NCBI GenBank assembly: GCA_043228905.1
Contig: JBHGNT010000003.1
Coordinates: 17,422,001 to 17,486,000 of the forward strand
Length of the DNA stretch: 64,000 nucleotides
Direction: 5' to 3'
Origin: Azolla caroliniana
Lineage: Eukaryota; Plantae; Polypodiophyta
The stretch's first letter is position 1; the number at the start of each line of letters is the position of its first letter. The position numbers and the translations under genes are program-made. Positions 12,330 through 22,613 of the stretch are shown here, one piece after another. Below the pieces are notes generated by a model. The model was not told the origin of the DNA, searched no databases, and was given only the letters and a program-made list of their open reading frames with translations.

Positions 12330-13041
12330 TGGCGTGCCTTTCGGCTCCGGATCGTTGCGGAACCGCTGAGGTTTTGGACTAGGAGGAAGAAAAATACAAA
12401 TAAGGCTAGTAAAGAATAGGTATAAAGAGTTATAAAATAAGAATCTTGTGAATCCCACGATTTTAGTATATTTAGTCAATATTTCGGTAGGAAGAGAGAA
12501 TTATTTTAGCAAATTCGTGAATCCCACGAATATTTTAGATTGATTGATCATTATAGAAAAGAAAAAATCAACAAAACTACAATGTGCTCCCCATCCTTAT
12601 ATAGTGATGGGAGAGTCTAAGCATAGCTACATGCTTTTTTTCTAATATGTTCATGCACACTAAATGTGCATGTGATGCTTTTCTAATCCTTGCTTTTATT
12701 TGCTAAATATAGTGCTCATGCACGCTAGATGTGCATGAGTCACTTTTTAGTTGCTTGCGTTTTTCTATAAAATATTCACGCACTCTAAAAATGCATGATT
12801 TACCTTTTAATAAAGGTAGGCGCAAATAAAGCACTTATAGTTATTAAATCTATTTGTAGAACACTAAAGATAAGGTAGCATAATGGTAAAGTTGAGGTTT
12901 GGCTACGTAGAGGTATAGGGTTTGAATCTTGCCTTATGCACGTGATAAATATTTTGATATATTATTTATTTATTTATATGTATCTAAAATCGGATATATT
13001 ATTTTATGGTTTTCACGTAGTGTGTGGAATACACTACGATA
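12330..13041 (-). repeat. Gypsy B 5' LTR
   Basis: Repeat of 5957-6660; outer terminal dinucleotide mutated (ACGATA); inner boundary could be 12328. Confidence 0.93.
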
Positions 13042-13710
13042 GCGTGGAGCAGTAAGAAGTAGCCGACAGTTGCACTGTCGAGCACCGAAGCTGAGTACCG
13101 AGGAGCGGCTGTCGCGACATGCGAAGCCATATGGTTGAAGCGACTACTTAGGAACCTGTAAGAGGAGGTGTCAGATCCGACGACGATCTACTGCGACAAC
13201 CTCAACAGCATCCAGCTTGCGAAAAACCCCGTTTTCCACGCACGGACCAAGCACATTGAGCTGCACTACCATTTCGTCCGTGAGCATGTCCTTTCCGGTG
13301 AAGTCGAACTTCAGTACGTTCCGACGAATCGGCAGACTGCCGACATCTTCACCAAGCCTCTTGGTCTGGACAAGTTGCGGCAATTCTCAGGTGCGCTCGG
13401 ATTGCGTCACCTTGACGTGCCAAACTTGAGGGGGAGACCAGTCCCGAACGACCAAGCAAGGCAGCAGGAAAGGAGTGGAGACCGCGACATCGAGTCGGTT
13501 GACTCGGTTGTCGAGTTCGACTTCGGATCCGGATCGGCTGAAGAAGCCGAGGGCGGACCCACGGAAAAGTCCGGAAGCGGACAGAAGGGGAACAGTCGAA
13601 GGAGAGAGCCGAAGCCAACCACGCATAGGGAAGATGACGCCGTTGAGGGCGAGAAGACAAAAGACAAGTTGGAGACAGCCAACTCGGACGAGAGCGAAAA
13701 CCGATCGTAG
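13042..13710 (+). pseudogene. pol: Copia A RNase H C-part with acidic extension
   Basis: LSSTEAEY, IYCDN, FHARTKHIELHYHFVRE, ADIFTKPL. Confidence 0.92.
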
Positions 13711-13962
13711 GTAGCCTAGTCGGTTCGGATGTTTGATTCAGATACACTGAATCAACTGAGGGCCAAGCGGAAAAGAAGGCAGCAGGAGAAGCGCCAACAC
13801 CGCGACAACAAGGGACCTGCGAAGGGCCGTGGGAACAGACAAGCCGGCCAGAAGGGTCGAAGCGTGCGGAGTCGAACAGGTCGAGGAGCGCGAGCGAGGC
13901 GTGGAGCTAGGAGAAACCAGAGCGTAGGTCCGACAGAACAGGCGGAACCTCAAGTTGAGCTT

Positions 13963-13971
13963 GAGGGGGAG
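13963..13971 (+). other. Polypurine tract of Copia A
   Basis: GAGGGGGAG abutting the 3' LTR. Confidence 0.9.
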
Positions 13972-14427
13972 TGTTGAGAGACAAGCTCAACATCGGCCGG
14001 ATCAGCTGAAGAAGCCGAGGACCGGGTCGGTTGGGACCGATCGGTTAGGCCGAATGCGTAAATCGGTACGCAGACCGGTGCGTAGGTAGGGCCGGATCGG
14101 TGCGTAAACCGGGAGGCCGTTAGGAAAGATATTCCATGAGGAATATATTTGGGAGTTAGTGTAGGAGCTCTTAATGATCATTGAAGTACTATTAGTACTT
14201 TTGTCAGTCCTTCTCGGACTTGTATAAAAGTGTTCATTGAACACACATATGTATAGAGTATGGTGAATAGAGATTGTGTACCTTTTTTTTGAATATAGTT
14301 CTAGTTTTCCTCTCTCACTCTCTCTGTCTCTCCCGCGTATACTGCGTAAGCTCAAGCTCTCCATTAAACCTGAGTTTTCTTCCTTCTGTTCGGTCTTCAT
14401 ACTTGCTTCCGCACGTTACTTTTTACA
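13972..14427 (+). repeat. Copia A 3' LTR
   Basis: 456-bp repeat followed by TSD GTTTG. Confidence 0.97.
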
Positions 14428-14432
14428 GTTTG

Positions 14433-16990
14433 ATGTTCCACGGTACATGTGGTACCGTAAAGATCACCATTGGCTCCACGATCTTAGGGTTTATGCACCC
14501 TATCTCACCCGACGAGAAGGCAAAAGCCCTTCCGTGGCTTTCGATCTTCCTTCTAAATCTTTCCTCCTCCCTAGGCAATAGGAAGCCACCCCCACCAATC
14601 CGGAGCTTTTGTCATGTCTCGTTGGTGAACCAGTGCCTTATGCCTCTTGGGTCCCGCAAGCTAGGATCAGCCACTACCCCCTTTATCCAATCCCAACTAT
14701 CATTAGGCAATGGGGTTGCCATAGGCTTCACCTTTTTGTCCACGGTCTTGTACTTCGTTTGCACCTCGATCGTCCTCGCTTCCTTGATCAACCGTCGAAG
14801 CTCTTCGATGGTGGTGTACATGTCAACTGAGTTGACTAGAATTACCTTGTCTTCATTGAGGCCCGAAATGACTATCCTCTCCATCTCTCCGAGAGTGTCG
14901 TCGAACGAGACCGCCTCCATGGCTCCGCTTATGGTGTCATCTTCCCCTAATAAATTACATTGTTTGAGATACCTTTCTAGCACCGTTTTCTAGCACCGTC
15001 GTCTCCATGTGAGCCGCCGTGATGTATAGTTCACCCAAGATGACCGGGTGCGAGGACATCTCTTGAACGAAGAAATGTTGATCTATTTCTACGTCCCCCA
15101 CCTTCACCCGTACATTCGGGCAAGCGTCATATAGCTCGTTGGTTGCTCGAGTCGCCGCTCTAATCTTCCACCCGTGCTTCGTGTTGATCGACCACTTTCC
15201 CTTTTCATAAAATTTCATGGACATAAGGTTGATCTCAGAGCCATGGTGAATCAATGCTACAACTGGCTCTTTTACATCTCTGACTCGTACCGGTGTCTCC
15301 ATTATCACTCTCGCCCAATGCGGCCTCATGCAGTGACTGTCCACATAGTCTTCGTCTTCCTCGGGCACCTCAGTTGACAATGAATTTACAAACGCGAGCT
15401 TTGCCACTTTTTGCTCCGTCGAGAGCCACTTCCTTTTCATTAGGTTGATGATGTCCTTGTGGAATTCTTTCTTGGCAATTCTGAGGGCCTCTCGTAGAAT
15501 AAACACTACGCGACTATTGAGGATCCTTCACTACCTTCTTCAAGTCCGTTGGTTGTTCGATCTCTGAACAAAGCTTGAAGTTGGGGGGATTCCCCCTTCT
15601 CTTTCCATCTTTCATTGCGTGCTTGAGACTGGTTCGCCTCTTGCCTTCTTTGTGCACCTCGAGCGTCGTATTTCCTTGATGGACTGGTTCCCTCGTCATT
15701 TCCTACCTTCTTCTCTTCTACCATTACTTTGTAGTTTTGGCAAGCGGCTTCCACAAAGCCTGTCTTTTCTTCCACCAGATCCTTCCACCCGGTTGCTTCT
15801 TGGACCCTTCTTTCCGCTTCATCTGCTTCTTCTCTTTTGAACTTTCCCCTAGAGAGGCTTCCTAGGATTGACGGCCAAAAGTCAATCTCTTTCTCCTTTT
15901 GCCTCCTCATCTCTTTCCCCACTGGGATCCCAACCGACGCCAAGTAGTGGACGGCTTGAACATGTCGTGCTTCGGCCTCCTGCATTAGCCTTCTCATGCC
16001 CCCTCGGCCTCGATTCAATCCCAAGGGGCGCCTTGTCTCCTTCGAATAGACCCTATTGTTCCAAAGATAGACAATATTCCTTCTTACGACCTCTTGAAAG
16101 TTTCCACACTCCCTTCGTAGGTGGTCGGGATTGTCGCACCACATACATCTTTGTGCGAACAGGGGACGTTGATCCTGAGGGTCGCCACTCTCTTTCCTAG
16201 CTTGCGCTATTTGGAGATCTCGCACAATCTTTGTGAGCTCGTCTATTGCCGACCCTCCAGACGGTGCTTCAACCACAATTCTCTCGGGGACGAACCTTGC
16301 ATTTGCTTGCTCTCTTTCTTGAAGTGCTTTACCACCCTTGGGTTCGTGTGTCTCACTAATAGAGCATGTGGATGTTTGGCCACTCAACGGAGACCCGTTG
16401 TTCCATTCCCTTCTCTTATCGAAGCGACTACAAACCCGTTTTACCATAGCCCAATCTGTCGTTAGCCCATCATCAGTTTCGAGGAGGAGCCCCACCTTCT
16501 CTCTGTCTCGTGCATCAACAAATTTTATGAATAGTAAGACCTTGCTTGTGTCGAGCACCGTCCTATCGAGAGCCGAGAGTCGCGCGAAGCGCTTCTCAAA
16601 TTCTTGTAGAAGTGCCATAGTATTTCTCCCCTTGCCGGAAAGCTCAACCCACTCCATTAGATCCCTTTTCGAAATTCTGAGTGAGTCATCAACGCCGTAC
16701 TTCTCAAGGAGTCTTTCTTCGAACTCCTCCCAATTGTGACAATCTGCTTCGATCTCGAGCACCTCTGCGTGGATACTTGGCGTTACCACTCTAGCGAATC
16801 CAGTTAGCTGCCTATCGTTGGGGACATTTCGCGAAAACATTTCGGCCTTATAGGCATCCAAGTAGCTTGTAATATCTCTTCAGTTGAACTGACCCGTTGT
16901 GCTGACCACTGTCTCTATGGCCCGGTCGAGGCCGATGATGCCTTCTTGGGCATTTACCAAGCAGTCCACCGCTGCCCCCATCGCTTCAAC
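14433..16990 (-). pseudogene. gag: Gypsy C gag-PR and start of pol, frameshifted and internally deleted
   Basis: CMWCDNPDHLRREC; ALIHHGSEIN; TKYKTVDKKVKP; homologous to element B. Confidence 0.9.
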
Positions 16991-17030
16991 GAGTTCTCCT
17001 CCTCGCACCTTGGATCTCCCTTGCCGCCCT

Positions 17031-17048
17031 TTCACATCGGGTTCACCA
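17031..17048 (-). other. PBS tRNA-Trp of element C (1 mismatch)
   Basis: TTCACATCGGGTTCACCA on plus strand. Confidence 0.8.
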
Positions 17049-17338
17049 ATTTATGTCTCGAGGTTTCGCGCGTGTGTGTTACTTGGGCGGGACCACGGGG
17101 GTCTTGGACTAGGGAGTACGAAGGGATAGAGAAGACCCGAGGTTTGTTTTACCACAAGACTACTTCCCGGGCAAGGGCTCATTGCCCCTCTTGTGGGGCC
17201 AGTGGTTTTCATTGATCACGAATCATCGAGTTTTCGAGATCACCTCATGAACCAAGTGATCAAATGGGTACAAGCAAAGATAAGGACACAAAATGAACGC
17301 ACAAGGGGACGAGAACACAAACACGAATGCCTGTACGC

Positions 17339-18474
17339 TGTCGTGAAGTACGAAAGCTTCACATTAAAAGTCTACAATAAGATAAATACGTAACTAAAAT
17401 AACATTTGATAATGTTTTATATATAAAGATAATATTAACAACACATATGATAATATTATATATATGTAAAGAAAAATAATTATATTACACGAACAAGAGA
17501 GGACTTGAACCAATAACCCCACCCTATGACTCTCAAATCTTACCATTTATTCTATACTAGTAATATACATAAAATGAACATACCTTATATATACTTTATA
17601 TTACATAAAGGATTTGCTTCATGATATAAAAATAAAGTTGTATGTTGTGTTCAATAGTATTTTGAGACTTGCTTCATGATATAAAAATAAAGTTGTATGT
17701 TGTGTTCAATAGTATTTTGAGACTTGAACCCACAACCTCATACACCAAAGTCAATACACCTACCATTAGGCTAGGCCCTTTCTCTGTAAGATTATATTTT
17801 CATGTTTATTGTTATTGCATATATTGTTTCATACATAAAAGCTCAAATGAGCGAGATGTTTATCATGCATCACATGTAATGCATGAACGCCAAATGGCAA
17901 TCATGCATCACATGCATTTCATGCACTACATGCATGACTTGTACCCTCCAATGCATCATATGCATGGGGGCACCTATTTAAATGGTGAAAGAGAAGATCA
18001 AAGGGAGATATGTATGAGATATCAATCAAATTATGTATTACATAAGAGATACCATAAAAATAGATAAAGAAGGGAAGAAGTTTAACATAAAGGTGGAGCT
18101 CTAGCTTGGCGGTCGTGGTGGTTAACTCTCAACAAGAGGGAGGCGGTTTGAGCCTTATCTTCATCAAAATATTGAAGCGAAGATTGTAGTGGTCTACGAT
18201 CAAGAAAGAGAAGAGCGATTACCTTGCAAGACAAAGTTCGGAGGTTCAACGACGTGTACAACCACTTTTGTAACTCTTTCATCAAATAATTATAAATCTC
18301 TTTTATTGCTTCAAATATCATTCTATATCCTATCTTGTCATATCTTGTTGATCACTATTTATCTATCTCTACTCTTTCGTCTCTTCCGTCCATAATCCCA
18401 GTGATTCCTTCCTCACTTTCACGATATCTTTTGTCTACGCAACGCTACGCTTCTAGGCGAGCCACGCCACAACA
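17339..18474 (+). mobile_element. Solo LTR, 1136 bp, TGTCGT-terminus Gypsy family
   Basis: TGTCGTG...CACAACA termini, 4-bp TSD ACGC (17335-17338, 18475-18478), ATGCAT-rich U3 followed by CTATTTAAA. Confidence 0.82.
17614..17723. repeat. 55-bp tandem duplication
   Basis: TTGCTTCATGATAT...TTTTGAGAC twice. Confidence 0.95.
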
Positions 18475-18770
18475 ACGCCTTTATGAGAAGGAGAGCTGCA
18501 TGGGCAAGCCCTAACGCTCCCTCGTCACAAGACGCCGAACGTACAAGGACAAAACAAATCACACACACGAACGCTCGTACGCCTTTATGAGGAGGAGAGG
18601 TGCATGGGCACGCCCAAAATGCTCCCTCGTCACAAGACGACCGAACATACAAGGAAGACATAAACACACGCACAAATGCTCGTATGCTTTTATGAGGAGG
18701 AGAGGTGCATGGGCATGCCTGAAACACTCCCTCATCACAAGACAACCGAACGTATAAGGAGACGAGAATT
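18475..18770. repeat. About 105-bp tandem repeat x3 inside the C LTR
   Basis: Units start at 18475, 18579 and 18684 (AYGCYTTTATGAG...); partial unit before 17338. Confidence 0.85.
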
Positions 18771-19553
18771 AAAGAAAGAAAACACGAATGAAATTGGCTA
18801 AAGAAGTAGATATGTAGGTTCGATGGCAATGGAAGAGTGCCCTTTATAAAATAGGTTTTGATTACAATGTGGCGACTTCTAGTTAACCACAAGCTCAACA
18901 AAACATAAATACTAAATGCCCTTAGAGACAAGAGCAAATCCAAACACCGAGCACGAACACGAAGAAGATGAGCACACAAGCACACCACACCACAAAAATG
19001 CTGACCCCAACGAACCACGACCACCCGAACGGCGAGCACATGGGCTCGCAACGACGAACATGGGCAAAGCAACGCCGAACCAACGAGGCTCGGGCTCACG
19101 AGCACCGTAAACAACTCGAGCACTTCGAGTGCCAACACGAAGAAGACGAGCACATGGCGATGAGGGGATGAAGGGGTATGAGATGAAGAAAAATGGTGAA
19201 GATGAAGATGAAGAGCTCCGAAAGAAAAATGGCGATAGTCTGTTCACCCCAAACCTCCTTCGAAATGAGCCCCCCTCGACCTCCTTTTATAGGAAAAAAA
19301 GGAAGGTGGGTCGCCACATTCGTCTTCAATGCAAAAGGAATAAAATTCCTTAAATCACGTTTCATTGTATGACCAGATTTGAACTGTGCACCTTTAGCTA
19401 GGAGTCAATATGTCTATCTACTAGCTCATTAATTCTCTATTATATAACATATAATTCTATATCTAGAAATTCATAGCCTGTCTCCTCTCTACTTTTCATC
19501 TCTCCTCTCTCTTACTTTTTACACGATTTTCTATACCTCCTTTCCACCATTTC

Positions 19554-19944
19554 TTTTCCCTTTTCTTTTGTAGGCGCACAATTAATTGCCTGTGTGCACA
19601 TACATTGCACATGCACATTTTGACCCCCCATTTCACTGGTTTTTCCCACACTCGAGCACGCCACATCACAACACCGTGTTGTGTTAGGGCAGCAAACTGA
19701 TGCACTGGCTTTGGTCTTGGTTTGTGCTCCTCCCTGAGCCATTGGGTCTTTTCCCTTTTCTTTTGCATGTGCACAGTTAATTGCCTTTGTGTGAGCACAC
19801 ATTGCATATGCACATTTCGACTCCCCCTTTCTCCGGTTTTTCCCACACTCAAGCATGCCACATCACGACACCGTGTTGTGTTAGGGCAACAAACTGATGC
19901 ACTGGCTTTGGTCTTGGCTCGTGCACCTCCCTAAGCCATTGGGT
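19554..19944. repeat. 195-bp diverged tandem duplication
   Basis: Units 19554-19748 and 19749-19944 share CACCGTGTTGTGTTAGGGCA...CCATTGGGT. Confidence 0.9.
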
Positions 19945-20040
19945 TGGCGGTTCCAGTGTCCGCTCCGGACAATGTTTCTCGTGCTGCTGATCTTGAAGAC
20001 TTGGTCAGGTCCGACTTTATGTAACTGTTTCCTGCGGAAC

Positions 20041-20475
20041 TGTTAACTCTTAGGGCCGGACAATGGCCTAACACAAGGTGTCTACGGAAGACACTTCCCC
20101 AAAGGGTGTTACGGCAACCGGATCTGCCTCAACGCTTAGTCCTACTTAATTAAGTTACTTAATGTGATCGTCTTTCATAACACATGCGTAAGATATAACA
20201 ATTAAGACAGAACGACAATTAACACAGAGAGATAACAACGCTTAAGCTTTCATTAATTAACCACTATTGATTACATTGTATCCGGGCCTTTAAATAGGTT
20301 TCCGGTCTGTATTACAAAACGGTGCCATCCGCACCTGTTCGGGATCGGTCCAGATCCGGAACGGCATACCGTTTCCGGTCCATCCATCCACACTCATAGC
20401 TTAATTACAACTACATTCCTACTACTTAAATAACTCTCCGTTTCCCACTATGGACTCCTTTACCGGCTGGTAACA
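20041..20475 (-). repeat. D 3' LTR
   Basis: Repeat of 28453-28887, about 17 substitutions by eye. Confidence 0.96.
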
Positions 20476-20477
20476 CA

Positions 20478-20517
20478 TGGCACGCCCGTGGGACAGTACC
20501 TTGTATGTCGAATCCAC
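20478..20517 (-). other. tRNA-Arg 3'-half-like motif in place of a PPT (element D)
   Basis: Sense strand GTGGATTCG-ACATACAAGGTACTGT-CCCAC-GGGCGTGCCA, then TG, then LTR. Confidence 0.8.
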
Positions 20518-20529
20518 AACCGACCCTTG

Positions 20530-22335
20530 CTATTCTTTGTCCAAAATGTCCAGAATTCTTTGTTCGAGAGGCTCCAATGGTTCATCTGGAAGTGGTTGTT
20601 GTTGTTGTTGTTGTTGCTGCTCTGTTGATGTCTGCTGCGGTGGGTTCGTTGGTGGCTGCTGCGGCTGCTCCTCCGTTTGTTGCTCTGACACCGGTGTCTC
20701 CGTCGTTGCTCCCTGCGTCGTAGTGGTCTTTGGTTGACTGGTTCCAGGCAGGCCCTCAGCCGACGACGGTTCCTCATCACTAAGGTTAACCGTTGCCACT
20801 TCCCGCACCCGGGACCGCTCGTAGCTTTCAAACTGGATTTGAGCGTCCAGCCTATCATCGTCTAGCTGAGCTACGAGCTGCTTGACCTGCGCCAGTTGTT
20901 CATCTGCCAGGACTTGGAAGTCGTCGGCCAGCTCGTCCCGTATGGCGGTGAAGTCCTCGGAAGTCAACGTATAACAATCATCTCCTTCCTTCCGCCGGTT
21001 TGCCACATCCGCCCGGAGCAACTGGAGTTCCGCCGCGTTTTGTGCCCACTTTGTCCACCATTTTACGGAGCTTTCATCAATCAAGTGTTTTGTCTGATTC
21101 AGCCATGCCCGGAGGATGGACTGAATCCGGCTCGTTCCCAATTGCGATTTGGTTTCTGCCGCTTGCCGTTCCTCCTTCAGTTGTTTGATGATTTTGACGT
21201 TGTCCTCCGCCTGCGCCTTGTAATGCGTCAATTGCCTTTGATATGTGCTTTGTAATTTCTGCAATACTATTGACGCTCTCTCTTTGTCTTCCTGCTGCTG
21301 CCTATGGAGCTCCATCCGGACCTTCTTCGCCTCGTCCAAGCGTCTTGTATTTTCCGCCGGTTCGTCGGCGATCGCCGTCGCGGCCCGATCAACTGCCTGC
21401 TGGAGCTCGGCCATCCGTTATTTATGCTCCGTTTCCAGCCGTTTGTAGTCCCGGTGCAGGTGCTCAAAATTATCCGTCTTTTGCTTGAGCCGTGCGTTGA
21501 TCTGACGATGGGCCCGGTCCTCGCGGTCCTTCTGCTGGCGGAGCTCTTCCTTTAGCCGTTCAATCTCTGTTTCCGCCGTTTTCCGCAGCTTGTCCTTTTC
21601 CTGCACCACTTTGTCTTTCTCCTCCTTTAGCCGGTCGTACGCTTGATGGCCTTTCCGGAGGCTCTCCTCTGCCCGGCGGAGGTTCTCAGTAGTCTTCTTT
21701 AATTCGGCTTCGGCCGCTGTCTTCAATTCTCGTTCACGGCTCCTTAGCGCTTCTTGTGCGGCAAGTTCATCTCTCAATTCCGCAAGCTCCTGGGCTTGCG
21801 CCACATCTCTCGCCGGAATAGTTTCCATGGCCGGGGTCTTATTGCTATGTACAGGTCGTTCCGTTTCCTTATTCTGTACACTTACCGGAGTCACCGGTGA
21901 TTGGATCTGTGTTGCCGTTAAGGCCATTTTGGCCATCTCTGTCGTGACGTGATCCAAGTCTTTTTCAAGGCACTGGATTCTGGACCGGGCCGTCTCTAGT
22001 TGTTCAGTTTTGACGAGCAACCGTTCGCTTTGCGCTCTTTCTTCCGCCTCAATATACCCCACTGCTCCGCCTATCTACTCGCCTATCCACCGGAGCCACA
22101 GGCTACCGGTGCCTTGTTGTGCTTGCACGGAGGTTTGACAAATGGGCTCACTTGTAGAGGGGTGGTCCCGCCTGGTTGCGCCGAGTTGCAGTTCCGTTTC
22201 TGCCCGTGGACCACCCTGTTGTCCTCGTTCCTCTTGCGCTTCTGTGTCGAGGTCGGATTGCGGTGGCGAGGTTGGATGGTGATGAGAGTGAGGTTGAGAG
22301 AGAGAGAGTTCAGAAGGCGGGGGTTCTCTGTGCAC
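20530..22335 (-). pseudogene. D extra 3' ORF, coiled-coil protein, two in-frame stops
   Basis: ORFs 22075-22335, 21418-22062 and 20530-21414 share one frame; motif IDES..W..W...AAELQLLRAD shared with F. Confidence 0.85.
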
Positions 22336-22613
22336 AGGTTCTCGTCTGATGATCTTGCAGCGTCTTGGTGCTTATGTGCTCCTGGGTTCGCGAAAGTAAA
22401 GGGTCTCTACGCGCAGTGGTTTTTGTCTGTGCATTCTGGCGCCTTTTTCGAGTGTGTGCATGTCGTGTACTCAAATAGCATTATGTCCTATGGGCGCTTT
22501 AAATGCCCACTACGTACCTTTTCGCTCCTCGCTCTTTCATCCATTCATTCCTCACTTTTGCATGATTGTTTTTTTTATATTTTTTTTTTAACAATAATTA
22601 ATTTAGTGTGACG

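Larger units (their letters stand above)
5957..13041 (-). mobile_element. Gypsy element B (Phygy-like), full length, inserted in the RNase H of Copia A
   Basis: LTRs 5957-6660 and 12330-13041; 4-bp TSD GCGT (5953-5956, 13042-13045); removal restores SAAIAWSS; PBS-Trp; PPT AGGGGGCGAG at 6661-6670. Confidence 0.96.
1645..14427 (+). mobile_element. Copia element A, full length, interrupted by Gypsy B
   Basis: Two 456-bp TG..CA LTRs, TSD GTTTG (1640-1644, 14428-14432), PBS-Met, PPT, order gag-PR-INT-RT-RH. Confidence 0.97.
1..18930 (-). mobile_element. Gypsy element C (Phygy-like, tRNA-Trp primed), degenerate, 3' part outside window; hosts MITE, Copia A and a solo LTR
   Basis: RT/RNase H fragments 1-1644 rejoin 14433 onward (TVPHVPWNIK|PIPVLRAHIPK) once Copia A is removed; gag-PR to ~16990; PBS 17031-17048; LTR 17054-18930. 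Confidence 0.9.
17054..18930 (-). repeat. Gypsy C 5' LTR (about 737 bp net), split by a solo LTR
   Basis: Inverted termini TGTCTC...GAGACA, next to PBS; TATA-like box near 18845; partner LTR not in window. Confidence 0.75.

Noticed and set aside
12871-12936. Functional tRNA gene
   Set aside because: No complete cloverleaf or anticodon arm; reported only as A/B-box-like
17669-18067. His/Met-rich proteins (also 43092-43277, 43823-44008)
   Set aside because: Translation artefacts of ATGCAT-rich LTR U3 sequence
18475-18770. Hammerhead ribozyme (retrozyme) in LTR repeats
   Set aside because: TTTATGAG/GTGACGAG only resemble CUGANGA, and no consistent GAAA core or three-stem layout is present
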